Of a stretch of DNA of 64,000 bases, positions 46,957-56,273 are shown in pieces. The DNA lies in the NCBI GenBank assembly GCA_963735865.1, contig CAVTML010000002.1:519668-583667 (forward strand), in the 5' to 3' direction. Position numbers and translations under genes: made by a program. This stretch comes from an uncultured Chloroflexia bacterium. Its GTDB lineage: Bacteria > Chloroflexota > Limnocylindria > Limnocylindrales > CSP1-4. Positions within the stretch are counted from its first letter, which is position 1. The number at the start of each line of letters is the position of its first letter. Under the pieces are notes generated by a model that worked only from the letters and a program-made list of their open reading frames with translations, was not told the origin of the DNA and ran no database searches.

Positions 46957-48546
46957 ATGGTCGTTCTCGACGGGCGCGATCCCGCCCTTGCCTCGCGCGA
47001 CGACGTGTGCGTGAACCCTCCGACCCCCATCGTTCTGGATGGCTCGGCGCTCACGATCGAGCACCTCGTTCGCATCGCGCGAGGGGGTGCCCAGGTGATC
47101 CTGGACCCAGCCGCCCTCCAGCGCATCCGTCGTTGCCGGGCGATGGTCGACGAGAAGATCGCGGCCCACGAGATCATGTACGGCGTGAACACCGGCATCG
47201 GTGAGTTCTCCGAGGTCGTGCTCACCGACGAGCAGGTCGAGCAGTTCCAGCGCTACCTCATCTACAACCACGCGGCGGGCATCGGCGAGCCGGCGCCCAT
47301 CCCGGCCGTCCGTGCGGCCATGGCGGGTCGGATCAACGTGCACGCCCACGGCTACTCCGGTTGCCGCCCCGAGATCACCCAGACGCTCGTGGCGATGCTG
47401 AACCGGGGCGTCACGCCGGTCGTGTGCGCCAAGGGCTCGGTAGGTGCCAGCGGCGACCTGGCCCCGATGGCCCAGGTCGCGCTCCTGCTGATGGGCGAGG
47501 GCGAAGCCTGGTTCGATGGTGAGCGGCTGCCTGGAGCGGTGGCCATGGCGCGCGCCCAAATACCGACTCCCGGCCTGCAGGCCCGCGATGGGCTCGCCAC
47601 CATCAACGGCTCCAACCTGCTGACGGCCATCAGTGCCTTGCACCTGTGGGACATCGAGCGCTGGCTGCGGCAGGCGGAGATCGCCTGCGCGATGTCGCTG
47701 GAGGCCCTGTTGGCGAACCTCCAACCCTACGACGCGCGCCTGCATGAGCTGCGCGGGTTCCCGGGCGCGATCCGGGCCGCGCGCGCCATCGAGCTGTGCC
47801 TGGCCGGCAGCGACCTCGCCACCGGCAGGATCAAGACGCACGTCCAGGACGCCTACTCGATGCGTTCCACGCCGCAGGTCCTGGGCGCCGTGCACGACGC
47901 GGTCGCCTGGGCGTGGCAGCAGGTGGAGATCGAGCTCAACGGCGTGGGCGATAACCCCATCTTCCTGCCGGAGTCGCGGCTGACCCTCACCGGCGCCAAC
48001 TTCCAGGGCACGCCCGTCTCCCTGCCCATGGAGATGGTGGGGACGGCCTTGACGATGGCCTGCGTCCTCTCCGAGCGACGCCTCAACCGCTTGACCAACC
48101 CGGCCCTGAGCGTCGGCCTGCCGGCCTTCCTCACGCGCGGCGCTGGCATGTTCAGCGGGCTGATGCTCAGCCAGTACACGGCCGACACGCTCATCGTGGA
48201 GCAGCGCATCCTCTCCGCACCCGCGGCGGTCCAATCCATCCCCGCGGCCGCCGACCAGGAAGACTTCGTGTCGATGGGCATGAACACGGCTCTCAAGACC
48301 GGGCAGATCCTGGAGAACGCCTACGGCGTCCTGGGCATCGAGTTCATGGCGGCCGCCCAGGCACTCGACTTCCGCGACTTCACCCACGGCGTGGGCGTGA
48401 CGACGGCACACGCCACCGTGCGGCGTCATGTCGCCCACCTCGATGAGGATCGTCCGCTGCACATCGATCACACGGCGATGGCGCAGGTGGTGCGTTCGGG
48501 TGAGATCCTCGACGAGGTCGAGCGGGCTGTCGGTCCTCTGGGCTAG
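46957..48546 (+). CDS. MIO-dependent aromatic amino acid/histidine ammonia-lyase family enzyme
   Basis: GSVGASGDLAPMA carries the ASG MIO triad. YGVNTGIG and NHAAGIG are also present. The start may be the GTG at 47011. Confidence 0.88.
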   Translation: MVVLDGRDPALASRDDVCVNPPTPIVLDGSALTIEHLVRIARGGAQVILDPAALQRIRRCRAMVDEKIAAHEIMYGVNTGIGEFSEVVLTDEQVEQFQRYLIYNHAAGIGEPAPIPAVRAAMAGRINVHAHGYSGCRPEITQTLVAMLNRGVTPVVCAKGSVGASGDLAPMAQVALLLMGEGEAWFDGERLPGAVAMARAQIPTPGLQARDGLATINGSNLLTAISALHLWDIERWLRQAEIACAMSLEALLANLQPYDARLHELRGFPGAIRAARAIELCLAGSDLATGRIKTHVQDAYSMRSTPQVLGAVHDAVAWAWQQVEIELNGVGDNPIFLPESRLTLTGANFQGTPVSLPMEMVGTALTMACVLSERRLNRLTNPALSVGLPAFLTRGAGMFSGLMLSQYTADTLIVEQRILSAPAAVQSIPAAADQEDFVSMGMNTALKTGQILENAYGVLGIEFMAAAQALDFRDFTHGVGVTTAHATVRRHVAHLDEDRPLHIDHTAMAQVVRSGEILDEVERAVGPLG

Positions 48547-48595
48547 GTCGCCAGGCGGTGTGCAACCGTCCTGGTTGGTGCATCGTCTCTATGTC

Positions 48596-49894
48596 ATGAA
48601 GGCGCTCGTCGTCGCGCTGCTCTGCGTCGTGCTCGCATCGTGTGCTTCGCCTGCGGCACCGTCGGCCTCGTCGACGCCAGCAGCCAGCGGGTCGATCGCG
48701 GCCACCAGCCGACCACCCGACGCGTCGTTCCCGGCGGAAGTCGCCGGCTTGCCGGTGATCAGCGTCGCGCACGCCCTCGATCTGCTGCGGTCGGGCGAGC
48801 TAAGCGGTGGGGCCGTCGCTGTTGCCGGGTACTTCGACCAGTCCTACCCGCCCTGCCCGTTCCCGGGGCGCTACGTCGGCCCGCTGGAGAGTTGGTGCCG
48901 GATCGTGGCCTTCACGGACACTCGCGCCACGGCGCAGCTGTGCCAGCCGGAGGGCTCCAATGGCTCAAGCTGTGGCGTCCCATCAGGACCCAACCTGGCG
49001 CCGTTCTTCATGACCGAGACGAGCGGAGACGCCACCTCATTGCTGACGGGAGGCGAAACGAGCGAGCCGGTCGCCCTGGTGCTCATCGGTCACGCGGGTG
49101 ACGCTCGGCAATGGCAATGCACCACCGCGACACGGGCCGAGTGCGCGGCCTCCTTCGTGGTCGATCGGGTCGCCTGGGCGGAGGGTCACGACGTGCCGGC
49201 CGCGGCCCCACAGACCGGCGATCAGTTGACTGGCAAGGTGCTCACGCCGAGGATGACGCTCGCTCAGGTCGCGGCTGCCATCGGGCTCGGCGACGATCTC
49301 CTGACCGGGGCGGCGTTGCAGTCGGGCGCGGTCGCCACGGTCGACCCGCGCTGGAACTTCGGCGGCGCCGACATCGTGTGGTTGGTGCGGTCGCTCGCGC
49401 CGGCCGCCGCGTCGGACCCGGCAGGCGTGCGCTCGGAGATCGTCTGGCTCGTAGACGACGGCACCGGGCGCGTGATCGACAGCCATCCCCTGAAGGTGGC
49501 CGCGGACTACCAGCCGGCACGGCTGTGGCAGATGGCCACTGCCACCGGGGTCGACTGCTGCGGGAGCGACCTGGCCGCCTTCTACCGCGTGAAGTCGGAT
49601 GCCGGCGTGGTCCTGTACGACGGGTTGCTGCCCGGTGGCGAATCGGGAGCGCAGGATGCCACGACCTTCGGCGGTGCGAACCTCGCAGGACCGCCGCTCG
49701 TCTTGCCCGCCGGTGGCTACTCGGTGACCGTCTGGCTGGCGAACCTCAGCGGCGGCGTCATCAGCGCGCCACGGGGCGAGTGCTCCACGAAGGTCACGCT
49801 CCGGCCGCTCGTCGACGTCGCGCTCGACGCTGTCTTCCCGCAGAACCAGGCGTGCACGTTCCAGTCCGCGCCCTCGCCGTCATCTGGCTCGTAG
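48596..49894 (+). CDS. Hypothetical lipoprotein
   Basis: MKALVVALLCVVLASCAS has a lipobox. The 432-aa extracytoplasmic protein matches no family I recognise. Confidence 0.6.
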   Translation: MKALVVALLCVVLASCASPAAPSASSTPAASGSIAATSRPPDASFPAEVAGLPVISVAHALDLLRSGELSGGAVAVAGYFDQSYPPCPFPGRYVGPLESWCRIVAFTDTRATAQLCQPEGSNGSSCGVPSGPNLAPFFMTETSGDATSLLTGGETSEPVALVLIGHAGDARQWQCTTATRAECAASFVVDRVAWAEGHDVPAAAPQTGDQLTGKVLTPRMTLAQVAAAIGLGDDLLTGAALQSGAVATVDPRWNFGGADIVWLVRSLAPAAASDPAGVRSEIVWLVDDGTGRVIDSHPLKVAADYQPARLWQMATATGVDCCGSDLAAFYRVKSDAGVVLYDGLLPGGESGAQDATTFGGANLAGPPLVLPAGGYSVTVWLANLSGGVISAPRGECSTKVTLRPLVDVALDAVFPQNQACTFQSAPSPSSGS

Positions 49895-49907
49895 AACCCC
49901 CGATCCG

Positions 49908-51401
49908 TTACCGGCTCGCCGCGCTGGTCATCGCCCGGACCTCGTGCTCCGGGAAGAGCCTCTCGAAGACGAAGTACAGGACGCCGCCGGTCACGCCAGC
50001 GCTGATGAAGCTGAGATCGACGCCGCCAGCCGCCGAGGCCAGCGGACCCGTAAAGAGCGCGTTCTCCGAGAACAGGCAGCCGACGATGGCCCCAACCACC
50101 AGAGCGGAGACGGCCCGGTAGTTGACCCCGCCGGTGAACCAGTACGGGCCACGCCCGCCCGGGGTGGCGAAGGTGTGGAGATCGTCCGCCGAGACCTGGC
50201 CCCTGCGGAGCCACATCCCGACCAACGTGATGACCGCCCAGGGCGTGACGACCACGATCATGATCAGCACGAGGGCGTTCAGCGAGTCGTAGGCGTTGAA
50301 CAGGATCGTCCCGACGTACGCGACCACGAAGACGACCACACCGATGACCAGGACGAGCACCTGGCGCGGGATCCTGAAGAGCAGTGTCTGCAGGTCGAGG
50401 GCGGAGTTGTAGACGCCAGGGCCGCCGTTGACGGCGTTGCCGAGGATGCCGTAGAGCATGAGCGGGATCACGAACCAAGTCGGGATACCCGCGAAGCTGC
50501 CGTCGACGAACGGGGCGGTCGGGTCCGTGAACGTCATGGTGATGAAGGCACCAAGCATGAGCGCGATCCAGCACCCGGCCGCCATACCCAGCCACGCCCA
50601 GCCGCCAAGGACGCGCGGACTCGTCGACCGCGGCATCCGGCGACCGTAGTCATTGGGCCAGGTGATGTAACTGATCGGGATCGAGATCGACACCGTGACG
50701 GCGAGCAGCCAGGTGGGCAGGAAGTCGCCCAGGAGGTACGTCCCATCCGCGGCAAGATGGAAATTCGGCAGGGCGACGATCACCCAGATGGCCTGGAAGA
50801 TCAGTCCCACCACCAGCCAGAGTTTGTAGCTGGCGACTAGCGTCGCGTGCCCGACGTAGCCGATGGCCACCACGAGGATGCACGCGATGATCATGCCGAT
50901 CACCAACGGCGCTGTCCCGGTTGCAGTCCCAAGGACGATGCTGCTCGTGTCGACGAGTGTCTGGCCCGTGGTGTAGGCGATGAGCGCCAGGAAGACGACG
51001 TCAATGAAGAGGGCGATGGCCGATCCGATCAGCCGGCCCCTGACGCCGAAGTAGGCGCCGCTTGACACTGACTGGTTCGTTCCGGTCAGCGGCCCGCTGA
51101 GCGCCATCAGGGCGATGATCACGCTGCCGATCGAGACGCCGACCGTGACGGCGGTGAGGATCGACCAGAAGCCCAGCCCAAAGCTCACCAGCAGCCAGCC
51201 GAAGAACACGATGGCGAAACAGAACTGGACGGACGCGAACGCCGCCGCCATGTTGCGCGGGTTCGAGTTGCGCTCCACATCGGGGATCTGATCGATCCCG
51301 CGCGTTTCGACCCTGCCGACCTCGTCCACACCCTGACCAGGCGCGACGCTGTATTCCCCGGACCCTGTGTGTACGTTCACGGCGCTCCTCCAACCCACCA
51401 A
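49908..51401 (-). CDS. NCS1-family purine/cytosine/allantoin-type permease
   Basis: 12 TM helices. The N-terminus RGIDQIPDVERNSNPRNMAAAFASVQF is typical of CodB/NCS1 permeases. Confidence 0.88.
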   Translation of the reverse strand: MVGWRSAVNVHTGSGEYSVAPGQGVDEVGRVETRGIDQIPDVERNSNPRNMAAAFASVQFCFAIVFFGWLLVSFGLGFWSILTAVTVGVSIGSVIIALMALSGPLTGTNQSVSSGAYFGVRGRLIGSAIALFIDVVFLALIAYTTGQTLVDTSSIVLGTATGTAPLVIGMIIACILVVAIGYVGHATLVASYKLWLVVGLIFQAIWVIVALPNFHLAADGTYLLGDFLPTWLLAVTVSISIPISYITWPNDYGRRMPRSTSPRVLGGWAWLGMAAGCWIALMLGAFITMTFTDPTAPFVDGSFAGIPTWFVIPLMLYGILGNAVNGGPGVYNSALDLQTLLFRIPRQVLVLVIGVVVFVVAYVGTILFNAYDSLNALVLIMIVVVTPWAVITLVGMWLRRGQVSADDLHTFATPGGRGPYWFTGGVNYRAVSALVVGAIVGCLFSENALFTGPLASAAGGVDLSFISAGVTGGVLYFVFERLFPEHEVRAMTSAASR

Positions 51402-52174
51402 GGAGGTCGGTGGATCGCCGGCGATTCGCTATAGGCGGCTGCCACGGAACCGACGAGGCCGCTGTCTGCGAAGGGATCCGACGCCGCGGGCCACGCTCGA
51501 GCCGGCGAGGCTCGAGACATCGCCGAGTACGATCTGGAAGCCTTGAGCGCGGCGACGGACTGGCGCTGCCGCGACGGCGTACTGGTCGGGTCGTTCGTGG
51601 CCGTGGTGCAGTCGGCGATCACGAGGACGCGGTAGTCGAGCGAAAAGGCGTCCTCGACGGTGTAGCGGACGCAGAAGTTCGTCGTCACGCCGATGATCAC
51701 CAGGGTGTCGACGGTCGGCAGATGCTGGAGGTACGTCTGGAGCGGTGTCCCCCAGAACGACGAATAGCGGCTTTTGTCGAAGACCGGCTCCCCGGGCGCG
51801 GGCTTGAGCGGCGCGGCGATCTCGATCTCGGGGTTCTCCCACGCCGGCCCCTGGGGCGTGCCGGCATGCCAGGCCGGCCACTTGGGTGCCCAGCGGCCGA
51901 CGTCCCAGCCGTCACCGCGAAGGCCCCATCGTGACCAGATGACCGGGATGCCGTGGCGCCGGCACAGCTCGACGCATCGCACGGCGTTGTCGAGGACGGT
52001 CTCGCTGGAGGGCGCGCCGTTGCCGCCCGGGAGATAGGCAGGCTGATCGGGATGGAGGAAGTAGCCCTGCATGTCGACGACGAGGAGGGCTGTCTTCGTT
52101 GGATCGACGTGGGTGAGACCTGGGTAGCTCCGGTTGAGCACCTCATCGAGATCGATCGTGAACGGCTCAGGCAT
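51377..52174 (-). CDS. Isochorismatase-family cysteine hydrolase (C-terminal tail probably frameshifted near 51540)
   Basis: TALLVVDMQGYF, LVIIGVTTNFCVRYTVEDA and VIADCT are family motifs. The tail after ..AALKA is low in GC3, whereas the alternative frame (GFQIVLGDVSSLAGS.., stop at 51429) is GC3-rich. Confidence 0.82.
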   Translation of the reverse strand: MPEPFTIDLDEVLNRSYPGLTHVDPTKTALLVVDMQGYFLHPDQPAYLPGGNGAPSSETVLDNAVRCVELCRRHGIPVIWSRWGLRGDGWDVGRWAPKWPAWHAGTPQGPAWENPEIEIAAPLKPAPGEPVFDKSRYSSFWGTPLQTYLQHLPTVDTLVIIGVTTNFCVRYTVEDAFSLDYRVLVIADCTTATNDPTSTPSRQRQSVAALKASRSYSAMSRASPARAWPAASDPFADSGLVGSVAAAYSESPAIHRPPWWVGGAP

Positions 52175-52229
52175 GTCCGCCTCCTACATCGAGATCCGAC
52201 CGTTCGCTGGAGGGGCGCATCGACAGTCG

Positions 52230-52257
52230 ATTATCCCCTGCCGCTACGGGGAGTCAA
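52230..52257 (-). promoter_or_regulatory. Sigma-70-like promoter candidate TTGACT-N16-GATAAT for the isochorismatase/NCS1 operon
   Basis: Read on the minus strand about 55-80 nt upstream of the ATG at 52174, which is itself preceded by a GGAGG SD sequence. Confidence 0.35.
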
Positions 52258-52529
52258 CACGGTTCAACGTGCGCTGAGTGGACCCCCGCAGGACGGCGAC
52301 AGGCAGGGCCGAAGGTCGCGTATTCGGAGGGCCGATGGTTCAGCCCTGGGCGCTCTACCCGCGGTTGGGTCCGCGTCCTTGATGAGAACCTCCATCGAGG
52401 AGTCCCGTGCGAGAAGCCGCGTGAAGTCCCCGGGCACGAGGCCATGCCGTTCGACCCTTGTGGCGACCGGGCCGACGGCTAGCATCGCAGCCGACGATCG
52501 CCTCTGGCGACCGCTCGAGGTGTCCGGAC

Positions 52530-53792
52530 ATGCAGAAGCGGATCAGCACGTACGCGGCCTGTGTGCTGGTGGCCGGTGTCGCGGCTGCCTGTGGCGCGAC
52601 CACTAGCATCCCCGCGGCGCCAACGGCGACGCCGTCTTCGTCCCCGACTGCGACCACGCCTGCGTCTGCCACCGCGTCGGCCGTGCCCGGGCCGACGTTG
52701 CCGCCCGGCACGCTGGTCCTCGACACGGTTTCGGCGATCCGCTCGATGGAACTGTCGCCGGATGGCAAGCTGCTGGCCGTCCTTGTGACGGACAAGCAGA
52801 GCAACGGCACTATCGAGCTGTTCACTGCCGCCGGCGTCCGGCTCGCCACGTTCGCCGGTACGGGCGCGACCTGGGTAGACGCGACGCGGCTCGCCACCTT
52901 CCAGCCCGGGCCGGATGTGGTCAACGGGGCAGTCACCATCCACCCGGTCGACGGATCAGCGCCGCAGACCCTGCCGGGATCGTGGGGCGGGATCCTGGGC
53001 AACGGTCATGGCTCACTCGTCCTGGAGTCGGCGTTCCCCCAGGGCGCCTACAGCGGCGATCACTTCCAGATCTGGTCGAACGGGCGACTGGGGCCGCTGA
53101 TGGCTGGCTTCGGGACCCCATGGGCCTGGTCGCCCGACGGGGCGCTGCTCCTGTTGCACCGCGACGTGGCGACGGTGACCGGACCAGCGGGCCTCGTCCT
53201 GGCCGACACCGGCTCGAGCGAGGCCGAGCTCAAGGTGCTCCGGTTCCCCAGCGGCACGGCCCTCGCCTCCTTCCCCGCCGGGATCATCGTCGACTCGCGC
53301 ACGGCCCCGCCGTTCAGCCCCGACAGTGGCTACCTCGCGGCGGATGGCGTCGCCACCCCGCCACCGGGCGAGCGCCCGGCTGGGCCGCTCGTCATCGACC
53401 TGGGCCGGGACGTCGACGTCGGGGGTGGGTCGGTCCGTACGCTAGGGGTCCTCACGCCCGTGCTCGGTTGGGCGCCAGATGGCCGGGTAGTTCTCCAGAG
53501 CACCGACGGCCACGTCCTCCTGTGGGGCCTCGACGGCACGTTGTCTGATCCCGGCCTTCCATCCGGGCTGGTGCGCTATGGCCCAACGATGACCGACCTG
53601 GTGCTGCCGAACGTCGGGTCAGGCCCGGCCGTGACGATCCAGACCAGCCGCGGCTCGGTCGCCGTACCGATGCACGTCTACGGCCCCGAGTCGGTGATCT
53701 GGGCGCCCGATGGCCGCTCCGTATTCATCGACACCGGCTCGACCGACGCCCAGCAGATCATGGACCGACTCCTGTGGGTGCCGCTGCCCTGA
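52530..53792 (+). CDS. Lipoprotein with TolB/PD40-like beta-propeller repeats
   Basis: Lipobox VAAACG. Repeated SPDG/APDG motifs: SPDGKLLAV, SPDGALLLL, SPDSGYLA, APDGRVVL, APDGRSVF. Confidence 0.6.
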   Translation: MQKRISTYAACVLVAGVAAACGATTSIPAAPTATPSSSPTATTPASATASAVPGPTLPPGTLVLDTVSAIRSMELSPDGKLLAVLVTDKQSNGTIELFTAAGVRLATFAGTGATWVDATRLATFQPGPDVVNGAVTIHPVDGSAPQTLPGSWGGILGNGHGSLVLESAFPQGAYSGDHFQIWSNGRLGPLMAGFGTPWAWSPDGALLLLHRDVATVTGPAGLVLADTGSSEAELKVLRFPSGTALASFPAGIIVDSRTAPPFSPDSGYLAADGVATPPPGERPAGPLVIDLGRDVDVGGGSVRTLGVLTPVLGWAPDGRVVLQSTDGHVLLWGLDGTLSDPGLPSGLVRYGPTMTDLVLPNVGSGPAVTIQTSRGSVAVPMHVYGPESVIWAPDGRSVFIDTGSTDAQQIMDRLLWVPLP

Positions 53793-53843
53793 GTGGAGCG
53801 GCCTGCCCCGCTTGCCGGGCCAAGCGCGTCGGCCGCTGGGCGA

Positions 53844-54830
53844 TCAGAACGTCAGCCGAGCCGCCCCTGGCACGATCGGCGACACCGACACGACGCCCCC
53901 GCACGGCGCGATCGACCCCTGGGCGGTGCCGTACTCGTGCGTCCCCGGCAGGATGACCCGGACCGCTACGGCGACGGGGCACGCCACATCGTACGGTTCG
54001 TTCACCGCTGCGCCCGAAGGGTTGTCGCCGTAGCCCACCATGAACGTGGCGACCGCGCCGGGGGTCAGCGCCACGCGGTGGGGCACGACCGCCGGGAACA
54101 TGTAGTCGCCGATGGTCGCCGCCGTGGCGTGGGTCGGAAGCAGCCGGCCGCCCGCCCCGACGAGCTCGACGCCCGGGTAGCCCTCGAGCGTGCACGAAGA
54201 GCGACTCACGTTCGTGAGCGTGATCTGCGTGGCGACGTTGCCGAGCCCAGCTCCGGTCCACCCGATGGCCATATGTAGCTGGAAGGTGCTGCATGTCGGC
54301 CAGGCCATGCTCGCGGGCGGCGCCGACGGGAAGACATGCAGCGGTACGGACGACACGGCCGGGTTTGCCGCGGGGCTGTCGGGGCAGGTGGTGAACGCGG
54401 TGACCGTCGGTGCGTAGTCCCCGGCTCGTTGGTACCGGTGCACCGTCGCGATCTGCGTGCTGCATGCGCCCGACACGGTCGCCGTGGTGCCGTCGCCGAA
54501 GGCCACCGTGGCGGTCGCGATCAGCAGGCTACTGCCGCCGGACACGAGGCCCGTGACGACGAGCGTGACCGGGTCCCCGGCGAAGGCCGGACTCGGGACG
54601 CCGTCGACGCCGATCCATATGGGCTGCGCCGTGGGCGCCTCAGACGGGACCGTGACGGTGTTGGGCGCGGAGGGCTGGACAGCGAGCAGCGCCGGGCTGG
54701 GGCTCGGTGGCGATGTCGGGGGCGCGGTGGTTGTCGGGACGGGCGCACCACAGGCGCTCAGAATCCAGCCGACCACGAGGGCGGCCGCGAGGCGCCGGTG
54801 GAACGCCAATCGATCCCGACCCTGGGTCAT
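53844..54830 (-). CDS. Lipoprotein with a C-terminal DUF4232 domain
   Basis: Lipobox ILSACG. C..FQL..GWTGAGLGNVATQITLTNVSRSSCTLEGYPGVELV matches the DUF4232 pattern. Confidence 0.7.
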   Translation of the reverse strand: MTQGRDRLAFHRRLAAALVVGWILSACGAPVPTTTAPPTSPPSPSPALLAVQPSAPNTVTVPSEAPTAQPIWIGVDGVPSPAFAGDPVTLVVTGLVSGGSSLLIATATVAFGDGTTATVSGACSTQIATVHRYQRAGDYAPTVTAFTTCPDSPAANPAVSSVPLHVFPSAPPASMAWPTCSTFQLHMAIGWTGAGLGNVATQITLTNVSRSSCTLEGYPGVELVGAGGRLLPTHATAATIGDYMFPAVVPHRVALTPGAVATFMVGYGDNPSGAAVNEPYDVACPVAVAVRVILPGTHEYGTAQGSIAPCGGVVSVSPIVPGAARLTF

Positions 54831-54992
54831 CGGACCCCCTCGCTGAGTGCCTCGCATGATACGAGTCGGCTTGACAGTGGACGCATCGTGGCGGCATGAG
54901 AGCACTCGTTGCTGTCTGGCTGCAGCCGTCGAAGTGCCGTCCTCGACCCACGGCTGCTGCGCACTGACGCGGTGTTCGCCCGGCTGAGCCCG

Positions 54993-55552
54993 ATGCGATG
55001 GAAGGCGGGTAGATTTGCCCGTCTTCTGGTCCCCTTGCCGCTGCGGGCTTCGTGACAGCCTGCACGAGCACCCCGACGACGAGCCTGGGCCTCCCCGACC
55101 GCCCGCTGGCCCTGCCCGCCTATGGGGCCTCGTGCCCACTCTCGACCGTTCACAACGTCCTGCCGGACGTGGGTCTCGGCATCGGCGACGGTCCGATATG
55201 GCCGGTCGGGTTCATTGGCGGCCCAGCGGACCAGCCCCTGGGCTCGTCACTGATCGACGGCTGGTACCCGATCAAGATCCTGTGGGCCGCCGCGCCGAGC
55301 TATCAGGGCCCCATCCGGGTACGCGGCCAGCGGCTCGACCAAGCGGGCGGGATGGAGTTCTCGCTCGACGGCGGCCTGACGCTGACGGAGGAGCTCGACC
55401 TGCCGCTCGACGCGACCGGGACGACCCTCGTCGAACCCGCGGGTGAGCGCCAATGGCCGTCCTACACGCTGGTTACGGCGCCAGGCTGCGACGGCTACCA
55501 GATCGACGGCAGCGACTTCTCGGCCACTGCCGTGTTCCAGGTCACGCCCTGA
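54993..55552 (+). pseudogene. Lipoprotein whose signal peptide is split from the mature part by a 1-nt deletion in a C4 run (55031-55034)
   Basis: The ATG at 54993 gives MRWKAGRFARLLVPL.. then a stop. Adding one C gives MRWKAGRFARLLVPLAAAGFVTAC-TSTP.., which joins ORF 55052..55552 with a proper lipobox. Confidence 0.55.
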
Positions 55553-55866
55553 GATCGGCCGCAGCTCGCGAAAATGCCCGGCGCGAGCGCAAATACCCGC
55601 CGCCACCCGGCTGCCCGTTCCACACCGCCATCGAGTAGCCAAGCTCGCGCATCGCGGCGCGGGGCGACCTCCGTCCGCTGCCGCCGGCGTTCGAGTTCGG
55701 GGACCAATGCCTCGATGACCTGAGGGATCGGGACGGGGTGGTTGCGGGTCGGCCGGCCCTGGAAGTACCAGCGCTGGACGTCCGGCACGCCGAGCGATCG
55801 GATCACGTCGAGGAGGCGTAGTCCCCGGGCGGCGCAGGCGCGGGCCGACTCCTCTTGGGGTCCCAC
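55495..55866 (-). CDS. Hypothetical protein (weak call)
   Basis: GC3-rich frame (..ARGLRLLDVIRSLGVPDVQRWYFQGRPTRNHPVPIPQVIEALVPELERRR..) downstream of the 55902 gene. Its 3' end overlaps the convergent gene. No family recognised. Confidence 0.25.
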   Translation of the reverse strand: MGPQEESARACAARGLRLLDVIRSLGVPDVQRWYFQGRPTRNHPVPIPQVIEALVPELERRRQRTEVAPRRDARAWLLDGGVERAAGWRRVFALAPGIFASCGRSQGVTWNTAVAEKSLPSIW

Positions 55867-55901
55867 CAGCCGTCCAGACTGAATCCTCGGATGGCCGACA
55901 C

Positions 55902-56273
55902 TCAAGTGCCGTTCTGCGCCATCAGGAGGACCAGCATAAGCAGCCCGAGGACGAGCACTGTCGCCTGGAGGATGACCCCCGCGCGCCTGACTGACCGCTC
56001 CCTCTCGCTGATGCCCGCGGGCCGTCGAAGCCGCAGGAGCGAGGTGATGACGAGACTCGCTGTCGCGACGACTCCGATGACGACGTATGCCTCCAGGGGC
56101 AACGGCGGGAGCAGAGAGAGGACGATGAACATGAGCAGGAGCAGACCCACGACGGCCAGGACCCGCACCTGGACGGGGTTGTAACGGCGCGCCAGGTACG
56201 GCCACGCGAGCCACCCAGCGGACAGTGCGACCGCGATGACGGCAGCGATCTCCGTGAGGAGCCACGGGTTCAT
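55902..56273 (-). CDS. Small 4-TM membrane protein
   Basis: MNPWLLTEIAAVIAVALSAGWLAW.., 123 aa, strongly hydrophobic. Confidence 0.55.
   Translation of the reverse strand: MNPWLLTEIAAVIAVALSAGWLAWPYLARRYNPVQVRVLAVVGLLLLMFIVLSLLPPLPLEAYVVIGVVATASLVITSLLRLRRPAGISERERSVRRAGVILQATVLVLGLLMLVLLMAQNGT

Noticed and set aside
52260-52529. Possible riboswitch, RNase P-like or SRP-like RNA. Elements seen were GGGGAG..GCUGAG..ACCC on the plus strand, AAGUCCCCGGGC, and AGGGCCGAAGG.
   Set aside because: I compared the region by eye with the TPP, purine, cobalamin, ZTP and guanidine riboswitch cores and with RNase P, SRP and tmRNA signatures. Only isolated short matches appear, with no contiguous conserved core. 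It is kept only as an unexplained long intergenic region.
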